Positions 9,114 through 18,665 of a stretch of DNA of 64,000 nt are shown piece after piece. The stretch's first letter is position 1. The number at the start of each line of letters is the position of its first letter. The DNA is from an uncultured Fibrobacteria bacterium. Lineage in GTDB: Bacteria > Fibrobacterota > Fibrobacteria > UBA11236. The translations under genes and the position numbers were made by a program. The notes beneath the pieces were generated by a model that was not told the DNA's origin, made no database searches, and saw only the letters and a list, made by a program, of their open reading frames with translations. The stretch is taken from assembly GCA_963716395.1 (NCBI GenBank), contig OY970309.1:2400001-2464000 (forward strand), in the 5' to 3' direction.

Positions 9114-10102
9114 GATTCGAGTTCTCCCGGGATGTGAAGGCAGGTTTTCAAAGTGCGGCAGGCGTCTTGCAATTCATGGGGTTCTTTGCGGCCGCCGGCA
9201 TAGCGCGCCTGGCGGAACAGATCGCGGAGTTTGGACCAGCCGTCGGCTTCTTCGGCGCTGCCGACCTGGGACGGTTCCTGATCGAGATAGGCGTCGAGCA
9301 GGAATTCGAAGCGCGCCCCGTTGGTCGCGCCCAATTGCTGCCGCAGGTACGAGGTGCACAATTGCTCCGCCTCCTGCATCCAGGCGCGACTTTCCGCCGA
9401 CTGGCAGCGGCTTTTCAAAGTGCGCACGGCGGGTACGAAGTCGATCTTCTGCGGCGCGCGCCGGCGCCGCGCCCGCCAGCGCCGGCGAATCTCCCAGCCG
9501 GCGGCGAGAACGGCGGCCAGCGAGAGTAGCGCGAGCAGGGCGCGGAACCAGCCCCGATCGCGCAGCGGCACGCGCGCCGGCCCGACGTCGAGAAAGGCGC
9601 CGGGCACATAGAGCGCTTCTTCGCGGTTGGAAAAGCCCGTGAGGTAGCGCAGCTTGAGCGGTTCGACATGCGCGCTGCCGGGAATGGTGGGCACGAGTTG
9701 ATAAATGAATTCGGTCACGTTGCGGATTTCGTTTCCCGCCACGCTTTTGCGGTGCTCGGCGCTTTGGGTGGCGATGCGGAATCCCGGCGTGGAAAGGCTT
9801 TCGGGGGCCATCACCACCACGGGCACGCGCAGGTCCTTCCATTCCACCCGCAGCGTATAGGCCACGGTGTCGCCCACACGGGCGTGCTGCACCGAGAACG
9901 ACCCTGCGGCCGACAGCTTGACCTCCTCTTCGGGCCGCGCGCTGTCGATGGACGCATGCAAGGTACTGTCCGGCAGCGCGGGAACGGAAATGGGCACCGG
10001 GGTTCCCGCCGGTTGCGCCCACAACGCACCCAGGGCGGCCGCCCACCCCAGAGCGGAAACCGCAACGGTTCGCCAACGACAATTTGCAAAGGTGCTGTGC
10101 AT
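9110..10102 (-). CDS. BatD-like domain + TM membrane protein, first gene of the MoxR operon
   Basis: Signal-like N-terminus, VGDTVAYTLRVEW beta domain, TM followed by an Arg-rich stretch; overlaps the moxR start; start uncertain. Confidence 0.6.
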   Translation of the reverse strand: MHSTFANCRWRTVAVSALGWAAALGALWAQPAGTPVPISVPALPDSTLHASIDSARPEEEVKLSAAGSFSVQHARVGDTVAYTLRVEWKDLRVPVVVMAPESLSTPGFRIATQSAEHRKSVAGNEIRNVTEFIYQLVPTIPGSAHVEPLKLRYLTGFSNREEALYVPGAFLDVGPARVPLRDRGWFRALLALLSLAAVLAAGWEIRRRWRARRRRAPQKIDFVPAVRTLKSRCQSAESRAWMQEAEQLCTSYLRQQLGATNGARFEFLLDAYLDQEPSQVGSAEEADGWSKLRDLFRQARYAGGRKEPHELQDACRTLKTCLHIPGELES

Positions 10103-10181
10103 CACCCCGACCAATGAAAACGACCCGGAAACATCCTGCGTAAAGGCGGGGGTAAACTACCAAAAAAGTTACCTTGCACCC

Positions 10182-10796
10182 ATGTCCGCGCCCGCGCGCA
10201 GCACGCGTTTGGAGAACCTCATCGCCCGGCTCGCCGATCTTCCCTCCATCGGCCGCAAGTCGGCGCAACGCTTGGCGTACCACCTGCTGGCGGCCCCGGT
10301 GGAAGAGGTAGAAGCCCTGAGCCAGGCCCTGCTCGACGCCCGCCGCGGCGTGCATCCCTGCGCGGTGTGCGGCAACTACGCCGAAGGCGAGCGCTGCCCC
10401 ATCTGCGCCGACCTGCGGCGCGATGCCGGCGTGGTCTGCGTGTTGGAGCGACCCTCCGACATCGCGGCCTTCGAACGCCTCGGCACCTTTCGCGGCGTCT
10501 ACCACGTGCTGGGCGGCGTGCTGTCGCCGCTCGATGGCGTCGGTCCCGATCAATTGCGCTTCGCCCCGCTGTGGGAGCGTTGCGGCCAGGGCGTGCGCGA
10601 AGTGATTCTGGCGCTCGGCACCCATGCCGAAGGCGAAGCCACGGCGGCCTACATCGTGCAACGGCTGCGCCGCCTGCCGGTGCGCATCACGCGGCTGGCG
10701 CGCGGCCTGCCCGCGGGCAGCGATCTCGAATTCGTGGACGAGATCACCATGCAGCGGGCGCTGGAAGGCCGGGTCGATCTCGCCGCTTCGGGATGA
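10182..10796 (+). CDS. recR: Recombination mediator RecR
   Basis: LPSIGRKSAQRLAYHLL, C4 zinc finger (CAVC...CPIC), Toprim YHVLGGVLSPLDGVGP. Confidence 0.96.
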   Translation: MSAPARSTRLENLIARLADLPSIGRKSAQRLAYHLLAAPVEEVEALSQALLDARRGVHPCAVCGNYAEGERCPICADLRRDAGVVCVLERPSDIAAFERLGTFRGVYHVLGGVLSPLDGVGPDQLRFAPLWERCGQGVREVILALGTHAEGEATAAYIVQRLRRLPVRITRLARGLPAGSDLEFVDEITMQRALEGRVDLAASG

Positions 10797-11377
10797 AAAT
10801 CATTTCGGCCGCATGGGCCGCCGCCGCCGTCGACGTCTCCGGATTTCCGCGCGACGGGTTGCCCCAGATCGCTCTGGCGGGCCGATCCAATGCCGGCAAG
10901 TCGACCTTGATCAATGCCCTCGCCGGCCAGCACGCCCTGGCCCGCGCGGGACGCACGCCGGGTAAGACGCGCCTCGTGCATTTCTACCTCATCAACCGCG
11001 CCTTCTATCTCGTGGACTTGCCTGGATTCGGGTATGCGCGGGTGGGCCGCGACACGCGCCACGAAATGGAAGGGGCCTTGCAAGGTTATTTCGAGGCGGC
11101 GCCGCAGGTGCGCGGCATCATCTATCTGGTCGACATGCGCGTGCCCGACAGCGCCGTCGACCGCGCTGCGTTACAGTGGATTGCCGGCCGGGGCCTGCCC
11201 TTGCTGGTGCTGGCCGTCAAGGCCGATAAACTGTCGCGGTCGCAATGGCCGCGGGCGCTGAGCGCCATCGCCGCGCAGCAGGGGTTGCCCGAAATTCCGC
11301 TGCCGATCAGTGCGCTGCGGCGCACCGGGGTGGAGGCGGTGTGGGAGCAAATCGGCCTTTTGCTGGCGCCGGCCTAG
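10793..11377 (+). CDS. engB: Ribosome biogenesis GTPase EngB/YihA
   Basis: GRSNAGKSTLIN, TPGKT, DLPGFG, KADK; ATGA overlap with recR. Confidence 0.93.
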   Translation: MKIISAAWAAAAVDVSGFPRDGLPQIALAGRSNAGKSTLINALAGQHALARAGRTPGKTRLVHFYLINRAFYLVDLPGFGYARVGRDTRHEMEGALQGYFEAAPQVRGIIYLVDMRVPDSAVDRAALQWIAGRGLPLLVLAVKADKLSRSQWPRALSAIAAQQGLPEIPLPISALRRTGVEAVWEQIGLLLAPA

Positions 11378-11384
11378 CCCCGTC

Positions 11385-12323
11385 TCAATCGTCGGTCAAG
11401 TGCAGAATCTGCACGTTCCAAACCCATTCGAAGTTGAGACGCAGATGCTCCCAGCCGCCGAGGTTGTCGAGCTGGGGATGATCGGTCCAGAAACCGACGA
11501 ATCCGTCGAGGCCACGGTAACGCCGGCCGGTGTTGTGGCCCAAGCGCAAATCGGTAAAACCCACCGACGCCAGGTTCTGCTGCTGCCCGGTTTCGGTGGT
11601 CGACCAATATTGATCGCGCACGGTGAAACCGCGCAAGGTGAAGGGCCCTGCGTGCAGATAGGGTTCGAGATCGAGAAAGGCCTGGCCGTACAGCGAACTC
11701 AAGCGATCGCGTTTGCGGATCAGCAGATTGGAATTGTATTCGAAAATGATCTCCTGATCCTGCACGTCGACGTCCCACAGGCTGCGAAAGCCGCCGGCAT
11801 GCAATTGCAACCGGCCCAAATCCACGGTGGCGCTGCCGTGAAAGGTGAACACGTCGGCGCCCGCGGTTTCGCGCAGGCCGGCTTCGAGAATGTCGAACGC
11901 GCGCCATTGATCCACGTTCGGAAGCCAATTATTCGGCGCGCCATCGGGAGGGTTGAAGCCCACCAAGGTGTTCGGGAAGAGCACGCGGTTGTATTTGATG
12001 CCGCCTTCCAGAAAGCGCAGGGGTTTCAGGTTGAAGCCGGTGCCGGCATCCGATTCGAAAGGCGAGGCGGTGGCGCTGGCTTCGGCTTCGAGATAGGTTC
12101 CCCGGAACAGTCCGTCGGTGGGGGGCCCGATGGGTTCGATCCAGCCGGCTTGAAAGCCGTACGATCCGTTGGGAGGAACATAGCGCCACCCCACCGGATT
12201 GCCAGCCAGCGTAACGCTTTGTTGCAGATACGGACCGAAGCGTATGGGGCGCACGTCGTCGGCGCGGATCGGCAACGCCGCCGGCAGAAATGCAAGCAGC
12301 GGAAGGGCGGAAAGAAACCTCAT
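11385..12323 (-). CDS. Hypothetical exported protein, possibly an outer-membrane beta-barrel
   Basis: Signal peptide; aromatic, alternating beta-strand-like segments. Confidence 0.55.
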   Translation of the reverse strand: MRFLSALPLLAFLPAALPIRADDVRPIRFGPYLQQSVTLAGNPVGWRYVPPNGSYGFQAGWIEPIGPPTDGLFRGTYLEAEASATASPFESDAGTGFNLKPLRFLEGGIKYNRVLFPNTLVGFNPPDGAPNNWLPNVDQWRAFDILEAGLRETAGADVFTFHGSATVDLGRLQLHAGGFRSLWDVDVQDQEIIFEYNSNLLIRKRDRLSSLYGQAFLDLEPYLHAGPFTLRGFTVRDQYWSTTETGQQQNLASVGFTDLRLGHNTGRRYRGLDGFVGFWTDHPQLDNLGGWEHLRLNFEWVWNVQILHLTDD

Positions 12324-12384
12324 GCGGAACGGTTGGCCCGAGGGGCCGAACTATATTTGCATGCAATAATAGCAAGGAGGGTTT

Positions 12385-12780
12385 ATGCCCGGTTTGCGTG
12401 TGACGGTGGGATGGGGCGCGGCTCTGGTTTTATGCCTGGGGTGCGCCAACAACTACATGCCGCCGTTGACCACGCGCGGGGTTCCCGCCGATCAGCGCCG
12501 CGACTACATCATCCAAAACGGCTACGGCATTCCCGAACCGGTCAAACAGGCGTTCCTTGACGGTTACGTGGTCGAAGGCATGAGCAAAGAACTGGTGTTC
12601 CATCTGTTCGGCGCGGCCGACCGCAGCAGCGAGCAGGACGACCATTGGGAGTATCTGAACCGCAAAGGCGCGCTGGTCACCGGCCTGTATTTCAAGGATG
12701 ACAAGGTCGATCACATCGACGGCGATCCCACCGGCGGCGCCGGCAAAACCTCCGAGCCGGCGCCGCTGCCCGGATCTTGA
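12385..12780 (+). CDS. Hypothetical small lipoprotein
   Basis: SD aaggagg upstream; lipobox CLGC; GMSKELV...G...WEY pattern resembles SmpA/BamE-like small domains. Confidence 0.65.
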   Translation: MPGLRVTVGWGAALVLCLGCANNYMPPLTTRGVPADQRRDYIIQNGYGIPEPVKQAFLDGYVVEGMSKELVFHLFGAADRSSEQDDHWEYLNRKGALVTGLYFKDDKVDHIDGDPTGGAGKTSEPAPLPGS

Positions 12781-13925
12781 CGGCGCCCGTGCCCGCTTGG
12801 GAGCAAGCCTTCCGGGATTTTCCCGTCAACCGCAACTTCATCTGGCTCAACAACTGCGGCACGACGCCCACGCCCGGGCCGGTGCTGCGCACCTTACTCC
12901 GCTTTCACGAGGACTACGCCGCCTGCGGCCTGGCTGCGCCCGATTGGAATTACGCCGGCGTGCAGGCCTCCATCCGCCGCCGTCTGGCGCGTCTGCTCGA
13001 TGCGCACCCCGACGAGTTCGCCCTGATTCCCCATACCGCCGAGGGCATGAATTTTCTGAGCCACGGCGTGCGGCTGCGGGCGGGGCAGACCCTGCTACTG
13101 GCGGCCGACGAATATCCCAGCAACGTCTATCCCTGGGAGCATTGGCGCCGGCATGGGGTCACCTTGGAGTTTCTGCCCCTGGGCCGCAGCCCGGAAGAAT
13201 TTCTCCAAGGCTTCGAGGCGCGACTGCGGCGGGGCGATGTGGGCGCGGCTACCCTGTCGGCCGTGCACTGGTGCACCGGCATGCCGTTGCCCCTGGCGGC
13301 CGCCGGCGCCCTGTGCCGGGAACGCGGAATTCCGCTGTTCGTCGACGGTGCGCAAGGCGTGGGCTTGCTGCCGCTGCGGCCGCGCGCGGCAGGCGTGGCG
13401 GGTATGGCGTTCTCGGCCTGGAAATGGCTGCTGGGGCCGTTGGGATTGGGGGTGCTCTACGTGGCGCGCGAATGGGTCGACCGTCTCGAACCCATTTTCA
13501 AAGGGCCGGAATCGGTGGTCGAGGACGCACGCTATTTGCCCTACCGCGAAACGCTCAAGCCCGGCGCGGCGCGCTTTTCCATCTCCACCGGCAGCTTCGC
13601 CGCCTTGATCTACTTCGACGCCAGCCTGGCTTATCTCGAAGCCCTGGGCTGGGGCGCGGTGCAGCAACGTCTGGCCGAGTTGGGCGGCTTGATCTGGCGA
13701 CGCTTGCAGGCGGCCGGGTTCGTCGGCGCCTGGGAAGGCACGGGAAGTTCGGCCCTGGTGGCGGTGCGGCATCCGTCGCTGGACGCGGCTGACGCCGTGC
13801 GCCGCCTGCGGGAACAGGGCGTCGTGGCCGCCGAACGGTTGGGCCATATCCGCCTGGCGCCGCATGTGTACAACGATTCCGAGCAGTTGGAACGCGTCGC
13901 GGCTTGGCTGGAATCGTGGCGGTAA
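12777..13925 (+). CDS. Class V PLP-dependent aminotransferase / cysteine desulfurase-like protein
   Basis: WLNNCG, EYPSN, VDGAQGVG, SAWKWLLGP (PLP lysine), RLAPHVYN. Confidence 0.88.
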   Translation: MTAPVPAWEQAFRDFPVNRNFIWLNNCGTTPTPGPVLRTLLRFHEDYAACGLAAPDWNYAGVQASIRRRLARLLDAHPDEFALIPHTAEGMNFLSHGVRLRAGQTLLLAADEYPSNVYPWEHWRRHGVTLEFLPLGRSPEEFLQGFEARLRRGDVGAATLSAVHWCTGMPLPLAAAGALCRERGIPLFVDGAQGVGLLPLRPRAAGVAGMAFSAWKWLLGPLGLGVLYVAREWVDRLEPIFKGPESVVEDARYLPYRETLKPGAARFSISTGSFAALIYFDASLAYLEALGWGAVQQRLAELGGLIWRRLQAAGFVGAWEGTGSSALVAVRHPSLDAADAVRRLREQGVVAAERLGHIRLAPHVYNDSEQLERVAAWLESWR

Positions 13926-13927
13926 AC

Positions 13928-15058
13928 GTGGCGGTAAACGCGGCGCGCGGCATCCGCCGCGCTCCCGACGGAAAGCTGGCCGAAGAAGCCGCGCGCGCCT
14001 TCGCCCTTTTGCGGCCGATGGTCACGCGTTGGTTTCGGAAACAGGCGCGTGACCTTCCCTGGCGCCGCGCCGCGGGCGGAGCCGGACCGGTGTACCTGCG
14101 CCGCGACCCGTACGCGACCTGGATCTCCGAAATCATGCTGCAGCAAACCCAGGTGGCGGCCGCCGTCCCCTTCTACGAGCGCTGGATGCGCCGCTTTCCC
14201 GACGTTGCGGCGTTGTCCCGCGCTTCCGAAGCCGACGTGCTGCGGGCCTGGGCCGGCCTCGGGTATTATGCCCGCGCCCGCAACCTGCGGCGGGCCGCGC
14301 AACGCGTGGCGTCCTCGGGGTTTCCCCGCGATTGGCAAGGCTGGCGCGGCTTGCCGGGCATCGGCGATTATACCGCGGGCGCCGTCGCCTCCTTGGCCTT
14401 GGATCAACCGCATCCGATTCTTGACGGCAATGTGGCGCGCGTGTTCAGCCGTTGGTTGGGGCTCGGGTTTCGACCCGACGGCGGTGCGGCGCGGCGCGCC
14501 TATTGGGATTTGGCAGAGCGTTGGGTCCGCGGCCGGCAACCGGGCGAGGCCAACGAAGCCCTGATGGAATTCGGCGCTTTGGTGTGCACGCCGGCCGCGC
14601 CGGCCTGCGCGATATGCCCGGTCGCGGCGCATTGCCGGGCGCAACAACGGGGATGGCAGCTTCGGCTGCCTCCGCCCAAGCCGCGTCCGGCGGCCGAAGC
14701 CGTGCAGGGAACAGCCCTGGTGGCGTCGCGGGCGGGCCGCATTGGAATGGAGTTACGGCCGCGCGGCGGATTTTTGGCCGACCATTTCGCCTTTCCCCTG
14801 TTCTGGTCGACGGACGGGGATTGGGCGGTGCAATGCGCCGCGCGTTATCCCGGATTGAAATCCAAGACCGACGCCAAACCGCTGGGCGTGGTGCGGCATA
14901 CCATCATGCACCGGCATTACGCGCTGACCGTCCTCCGCTGCGAGTATGCGGTGTCGCGGGGAAAACCGCCGCCGTGGCGGTGGTTTTCCGCCGCCGGTCT
15001 GGAGGCACGCCTCACCAATGCCTTGACGCGCAAAATCTGGCGCGCCGCCGCCAGGTAA
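13928..15058 (+). CDS. mutY: A/G-specific adenine glycosylase MutY
   Basis: WISEIMLQQTQV, WAGLGYYARARNL, LPGIGDYTA, DGNVARV, FeS motif CTPAAPACAICPVAAHC; start uncertain. Confidence 0.93.
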   Translation: MAVNAARGIRRAPDGKLAEEAARAFALLRPMVTRWFRKQARDLPWRRAAGGAGPVYLRRDPYATWISEIMLQQTQVAAAVPFYERWMRRFPDVAALSRASEADVLRAWAGLGYYARARNLRRAAQRVASSGFPRDWQGWRGLPGIGDYTAGAVASLALDQPHPILDGNVARVFSRWLGLGFRPDGGAARRAYWDLAERWVRGRQPGEANEALMEFGALVCTPAAPACAICPVAAHCRAQQRGWQLRLPPPKPRPAAEAVQGTALVASRAGRIGMELRPRGGFLADHFAFPLFWSTDGDWAVQCAARYPGLKSKTDAKPLGVVRHTIMHRHYALTVLRCEYAVSRGKPPPWRWFSAAGLEARLTNALTRKIWRAAAR

Positions 15059-15103
15059 CCATACTGTTACCTACGAGCGCCGCGAAGGCGCGGCCGTCTG
15101 AAG

Positions 15104-17737
15104 TCAACGTCGCCGCGACGCCGCGGTTTTTCCCAGCGGCGCGGCGCGGGTCGACGGCGCGGCGACGGGGAGGGAACAGCAGCGAAAGCCGATGACTTCG
15201 TTGGCGTACTGCGGTTGGGCCGGCGCCGTACCCAAAAAGGAATAGGCGTAGAGGAAATGGATGACGTACTGGCCGTTCTGTTCCAATGGAACCCAGGGCG
15301 GCCCGATTTGGCGGTAGAGAATCGGGGTGAGCGCGGCATAGGAAGTATCGTGCAGCATTTCCACCGCGTCCAAGGTGTCGGGAATGGATACCCCGGTCTC
15401 AGTATTGACGAAGGTGACGGCGGCCAGGGTCAAGGTCGTGAGTTGCACATCGGTGGGCCGCAGCCCTTGATAAATCGTATCCGCGGGCATGGCATAGGAA
15501 ACCGGTTGATCCACGCCGCGCAACAGAAATAAAACCTTGCTGCTGTCGTGCGACGGCGACACCGTGTCGATAGCGCGGTTCCACAGCGAATCGGGAATGG
15601 GCAGACAGCGTACGGGGTTGGTGGGGCTGTTGTACAGCACCGCCACCATGGGACGGGCCGAATCCACGCAACCGGGGGCCGGACGCGGCCGCACTTCGGC
15701 CGGATAATCGCGGTTCGAACAGCGGGCTTGATGCAGCATGGCCGCCGGGGACAAGGAAGATGCGAGGTAAAAGTACCCGCGATAGCCGTGCAGCGCCGTA
15801 TCCGACGGCGTGGTCAGGGGAACGCCTGGCTGCAAGGTGTCGGGTTGGCCGGCATAATCGCCGGCCACATAGGGATCGAGCGTCCACTCGGCCAGATTGC
15901 CCGACATATCGTAGACACCTCCGGTGGTGAGGCAAACGGGGTTGCGTAACGCCGGCGTGGTGGCCATGGCCGAATCACCCGTGCCGATATTGCATTCGAA
16001 GCGCAGATCGTTGGGGTCGCTTTGCTCGGATTGCACCCCGTAAACCAGCGCAACCGAGTCCGATCCTTTGCAGGCGCGCTCCCATTCGGCTTCGGTGCAT
16101 AAGTGGCTGCTGTCGGCCGGGGCCATGGCCGCGCAGGTCTGTTCGGCGGTTTTCCACGTCACTTTGGCGGCGAATCGGCCGGTGCTGTCTTTGTGTTCGT
16201 AGGGTTCGATGCAGTAGGAACCGAGATAATGCGACGCCGCGGGTTTTTCGTCGGCATCGCCGTCGGCTCCCGTGTCGCCCAGAATGAAATTTCCGGCGGG
16301 AATGGGAATAAAACCGGGCGGACAGGAATCGGCGCTGTCGGCGCCGGAGAAGCGCACCGGCAAAGTGGTGACGCCGAGCGAATCAAGCAGAGAGGGGTAG
16401 CCGGTCGAATCGACCGACTGCACGAACACGCGGTAGTCGGTGCCGGGCGGCAGGTAGCGTACCGTATCGGTGAAAACCGAATCGGGGAAATTGAGGGAGT
16501 CGATGGTCAGGGTGGTTTGCACGCTGCTGCCGCCCGGCCCCGAGCGGGTGAGGAGGTACTCCTGGATATTGGCATTGGGAACCGCGGCCGGAGCGAGCGT
16601 TCCGTCGGATTTCGCGATCAAATCGCGGCTGGCCGTGAAAGTGTACATGAACCGGTTCTGGGTCACGCTGCCGGCCAAAAGGCTGAGTTGCGGCGTGGTG
16701 GGTTGGGTGGTGTCGGTCAGAATCACGTTGACCGACGTGTTCGAGTCGGTGGCATTGCCGGAGGTATCCACGGCCCAGAGACGGATCTTGATGGTGTCGA
16801 GCGGCGACAGGCCATTGACCACGGCCTGCAAGCTGTCGCCCGGGTCCAGGCCGTGCCGGCTGACAACCCGCTGCGAGTCGGGCAGAATGAATTTCCAGGT
16901 TGGATTTGTTCCCGGCAGGGAGTCGCCGATCACCTGGGCGGAACGATCCCGGCCGCCGTCGAGGTAATGCACGGTGGGGATGAAAACCGGATGGCTGCCA
17001 TGCAGTTTGTTGGCCAATTGTACGACCAGCACGTATTCGCGAATGATTCCCGTATCGGCGCCGGGATCGAAAAAACTGGTCGGGTCCAGGGGGCGGCTCC
17101 AATCGATGGTCAAGTATCGCGGCCCCGGTGTATAGCGCGGCACCAGCGGACTGGGGGGGAATTTATCGTTGGTGATCACCACGCCGTAGCGCGGGGGGCC
17201 GTTGCCTTCGCTATAGTTGGCAATCAGTGCGAAGATCAATTGCCCCGTAGAATCCACCCGCCCGGTGGTGTCGATGGCGATGATTTCGGAACTGTTGCGC
17301 GGCACCACCTGCATGGCCGGGTTCGAGTCATCCACCACGAAAACAATGCTGTCGGTGTTGATGCCGCTGCCCGGCATGATGGCCGCGGCCAAGGTTCTAT
17401 CCTGGCTGATGTCGGCCCAGGTTTTACCCGGCACGCCGGGCAAGATGGTGTCGACGTAAATCCGGTATTCGATCAGGCCCACGGTGTCGGCCGGCTGATT
17501 CCAGTACAAGACGTATTTATGGGTACTCTGACAAACCGCGACCGACGGGAAGGGCGTTTTCCCGCTTTGGCAAAAGGGATGGTTTGCCGCCGCCGTGTCG
17601 ATGTCGAAAACGACGGGCGAACGCTGGTAATCGCTGTTGTTCTGGTTGTTGATGTTCGAACAGCCGACGGCGGCCAGAGCCCATGCGCCCAACGCGGTCA
17701 AAAGCCGCGTGCGCTGAAACGGAAATCGGGCGCGCAT
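15104..17737 (-). CDS. Large lipoprotein with FN3-like beta domains and a C-terminal FGE-sulfatase (SUMF1/CLec) domain
   Basis: Start placed at MRARFP; lipobox AVGC; CPPGFIPIPAGNFILG, LCTEAEWERAC, GVYDMSGNLAEW, terminal GFRCC. Confidence 0.82.
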   Translation of the reverse strand: MRARFPFQRTRLLTALGAWALAAVGCSNINNQNNSDYQRSPVVFDIDTAAANHPFCQSGKTPFPSVAVCQSTHKYVLYWNQPADTVGLIEYRIYVDTILPGVPGKTWADISQDRTLAAAIMPGSGINTDSIVFVVDDSNPAMQVVPRNSSEIIAIDTTGRVDSTGQLIFALIANYSEGNGPPRYGVVITNDKFPPSPLVPRYTPGPRYLTIDWSRPLDPTSFFDPGADTGIIREYVLVVQLANKLHGSHPVFIPTVHYLDGGRDRSAQVIGDSLPGTNPTWKFILPDSQRVVSRHGLDPGDSLQAVVNGLSPLDTIKIRLWAVDTSGNATDSNTSVNVILTDTTQPTTPQLSLLAGSVTQNRFMYTFTASRDLIAKSDGTLAPAAVPNANIQEYLLTRSGPGGSSVQTTLTIDSLNFPDSVFTDTVRYLPPGTDYRVFVQSVDSTGYPSLLDSLGVTTLPVRFSGADSADSCPPGFIPIPAGNFILGDTGADGDADEKPAASHYLGSYCIEPYEHKDSTGRFAAKVTWKTAEQTCAAMAPADSSHLCTEAEWERACKGSDSVALVYGVQSEQSDPNDLRFECNIGTGDSAMATTPALRNPVCLTTGGVYDMSGNLAEWTLDPYVAGDYAGQPDTLQPGVPLTTPSDTALHGYRGYFYLASSLSPAAMLHQARCSNRDYPAEVRPRPAPGCVDSARPMVAVLYNSPTNPVRCLPIPDSLWNRAIDTVSPSHDSSKVLFLLRGVDQPVSYAMPADTIYQGLRPTDVQLTTLTLAAVTFVNTETGVSIPDTLDAVEMLHDTSYAALTPILYRQIGPPWVPLEQNGQYVIHFLYAYSFLGTAPAQPQYANEVIGFRCCSLPVAAPSTRAAPLGKTAASRRR

Positions 17738-17827
17738 GGGAAGAACTTCGGCGCCGCTCTGCGCCACGGTTTCATCAGGCGGTATGATACAAAAGCGGGC
17801 GGCGCGCACCCAAACCAAAGGCCGGAT

Positions 17828-18115
17828 TCAGGCCGGGATTGAAACCGGGGAAACCGAAAAGGCGGGCTCGACGCGCACGGTGGGGCGTGACTTCTTGCCG
17901 CGCACTTCGTAACGCACCACTCCGCTCACCAAAGCGAAAAGCGTGTGATCGCGTCCCATGCCGACATTGCCGCCGGGATGCCATTGCGTGCCCCGCTGCC
18001 GCACCAGAATGTTGCCGGCAATCACCGGTTCGCCGCCGAATTTTTTTACGCCCAGATATTTCGGGTTGGAATCGCGGTTGTTGCGGGTGCTTCCGAGACC
18101 TTTTTTGTGCGCCAT
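17828..18115 (-). CDS. rpmA: 50S ribosomal protein L27
   Basis: [24 protein letters not shown]...RQRGT...GRDHTLFAL. Confidence 0.98.
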   Translation of the reverse strand: MAHKKGLGSTRNNRDSNPKYLGVKKFGGEPVIAGNILVRQRGTQWHPGGNVGMGRDHTLFALVSGVVRYEVRGKKSRPTVRVEPAFSVSPVSIPA

Positions 18116-18118
18116 GGT

Positions 18119-18571
18119 CTAAGCCTCCTTCGCCATCGCCGCCGCGGCCACTTTTTCGCGCCGGGTCGGCTTCTTGATCTGCATCTTGCGTTTTTCCAAA
18201 GCCTGCGCGCGCACGCGGGCTCTTTGGGCGGCCGCTTCCTCTACGACCGCTTTTTCTGGGCCGCAGGAGATTTCGCGCACCAGCACTTCGGTATAAGCCT
18301 GCCGGTGACCCTGGGTACGGCGATAATGTTTGCGCCGGATTTTCTTGAACACCCGGATTTTGTCGTCGCGGTCGTGCTGCAAAACCTCGAGCTGCACGGC
18401 GGCGTCGGCCACATGCGGGGTCCCCACTTTCAACGTATTGCCATGGGAAAAAAGCAAGACGTCGGAAACCGTGATGACTTCGCCCACGGGCGCTTCGATT
18501 TTGGGGAGCTTCACCCGCTCGCCCGGAACCACTTTGTGCTGAAATCCGCCGCAGGCAATCACCGAATACAT
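18119..18571 (-). CDS. rplU: 50S ribosomal protein L21 with C-terminal extension
   Basis: [14 protein letters not shown]...[20 protein letters not shown]; directly upstream of rpmA. Confidence 0.96.
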   Translation of the reverse strand: MYSVIACGGFQHKVVPGERVKLPKIEAPVGEVITVSDVLLFSHGNTLKVGTPHVADAAVQLEVLQHDRDDKIRVFKKIRRKHYRRTQGHRQAYTEVLVREISCGPEKAVVEEAAAQRARVRAQALEKRKMQIKKPTRREKVAAAAMAKEA

Positions 18572-18665
18572 AACGTCACCTTTGCTGCTTCCTGTAACTT
18601 GGAGCCGGGGAAATGTACCAAATCCCCGCGCGGATTTAAAGAAAATAGGATGACCCGGTTCCAGC

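Noticed and set aside
15104-15300. Possible diversity-generating retroelement target (CLec fold)
   Set aside because: No reverse transcriptase, no template repeat and no second copy of the 3' region in the window.
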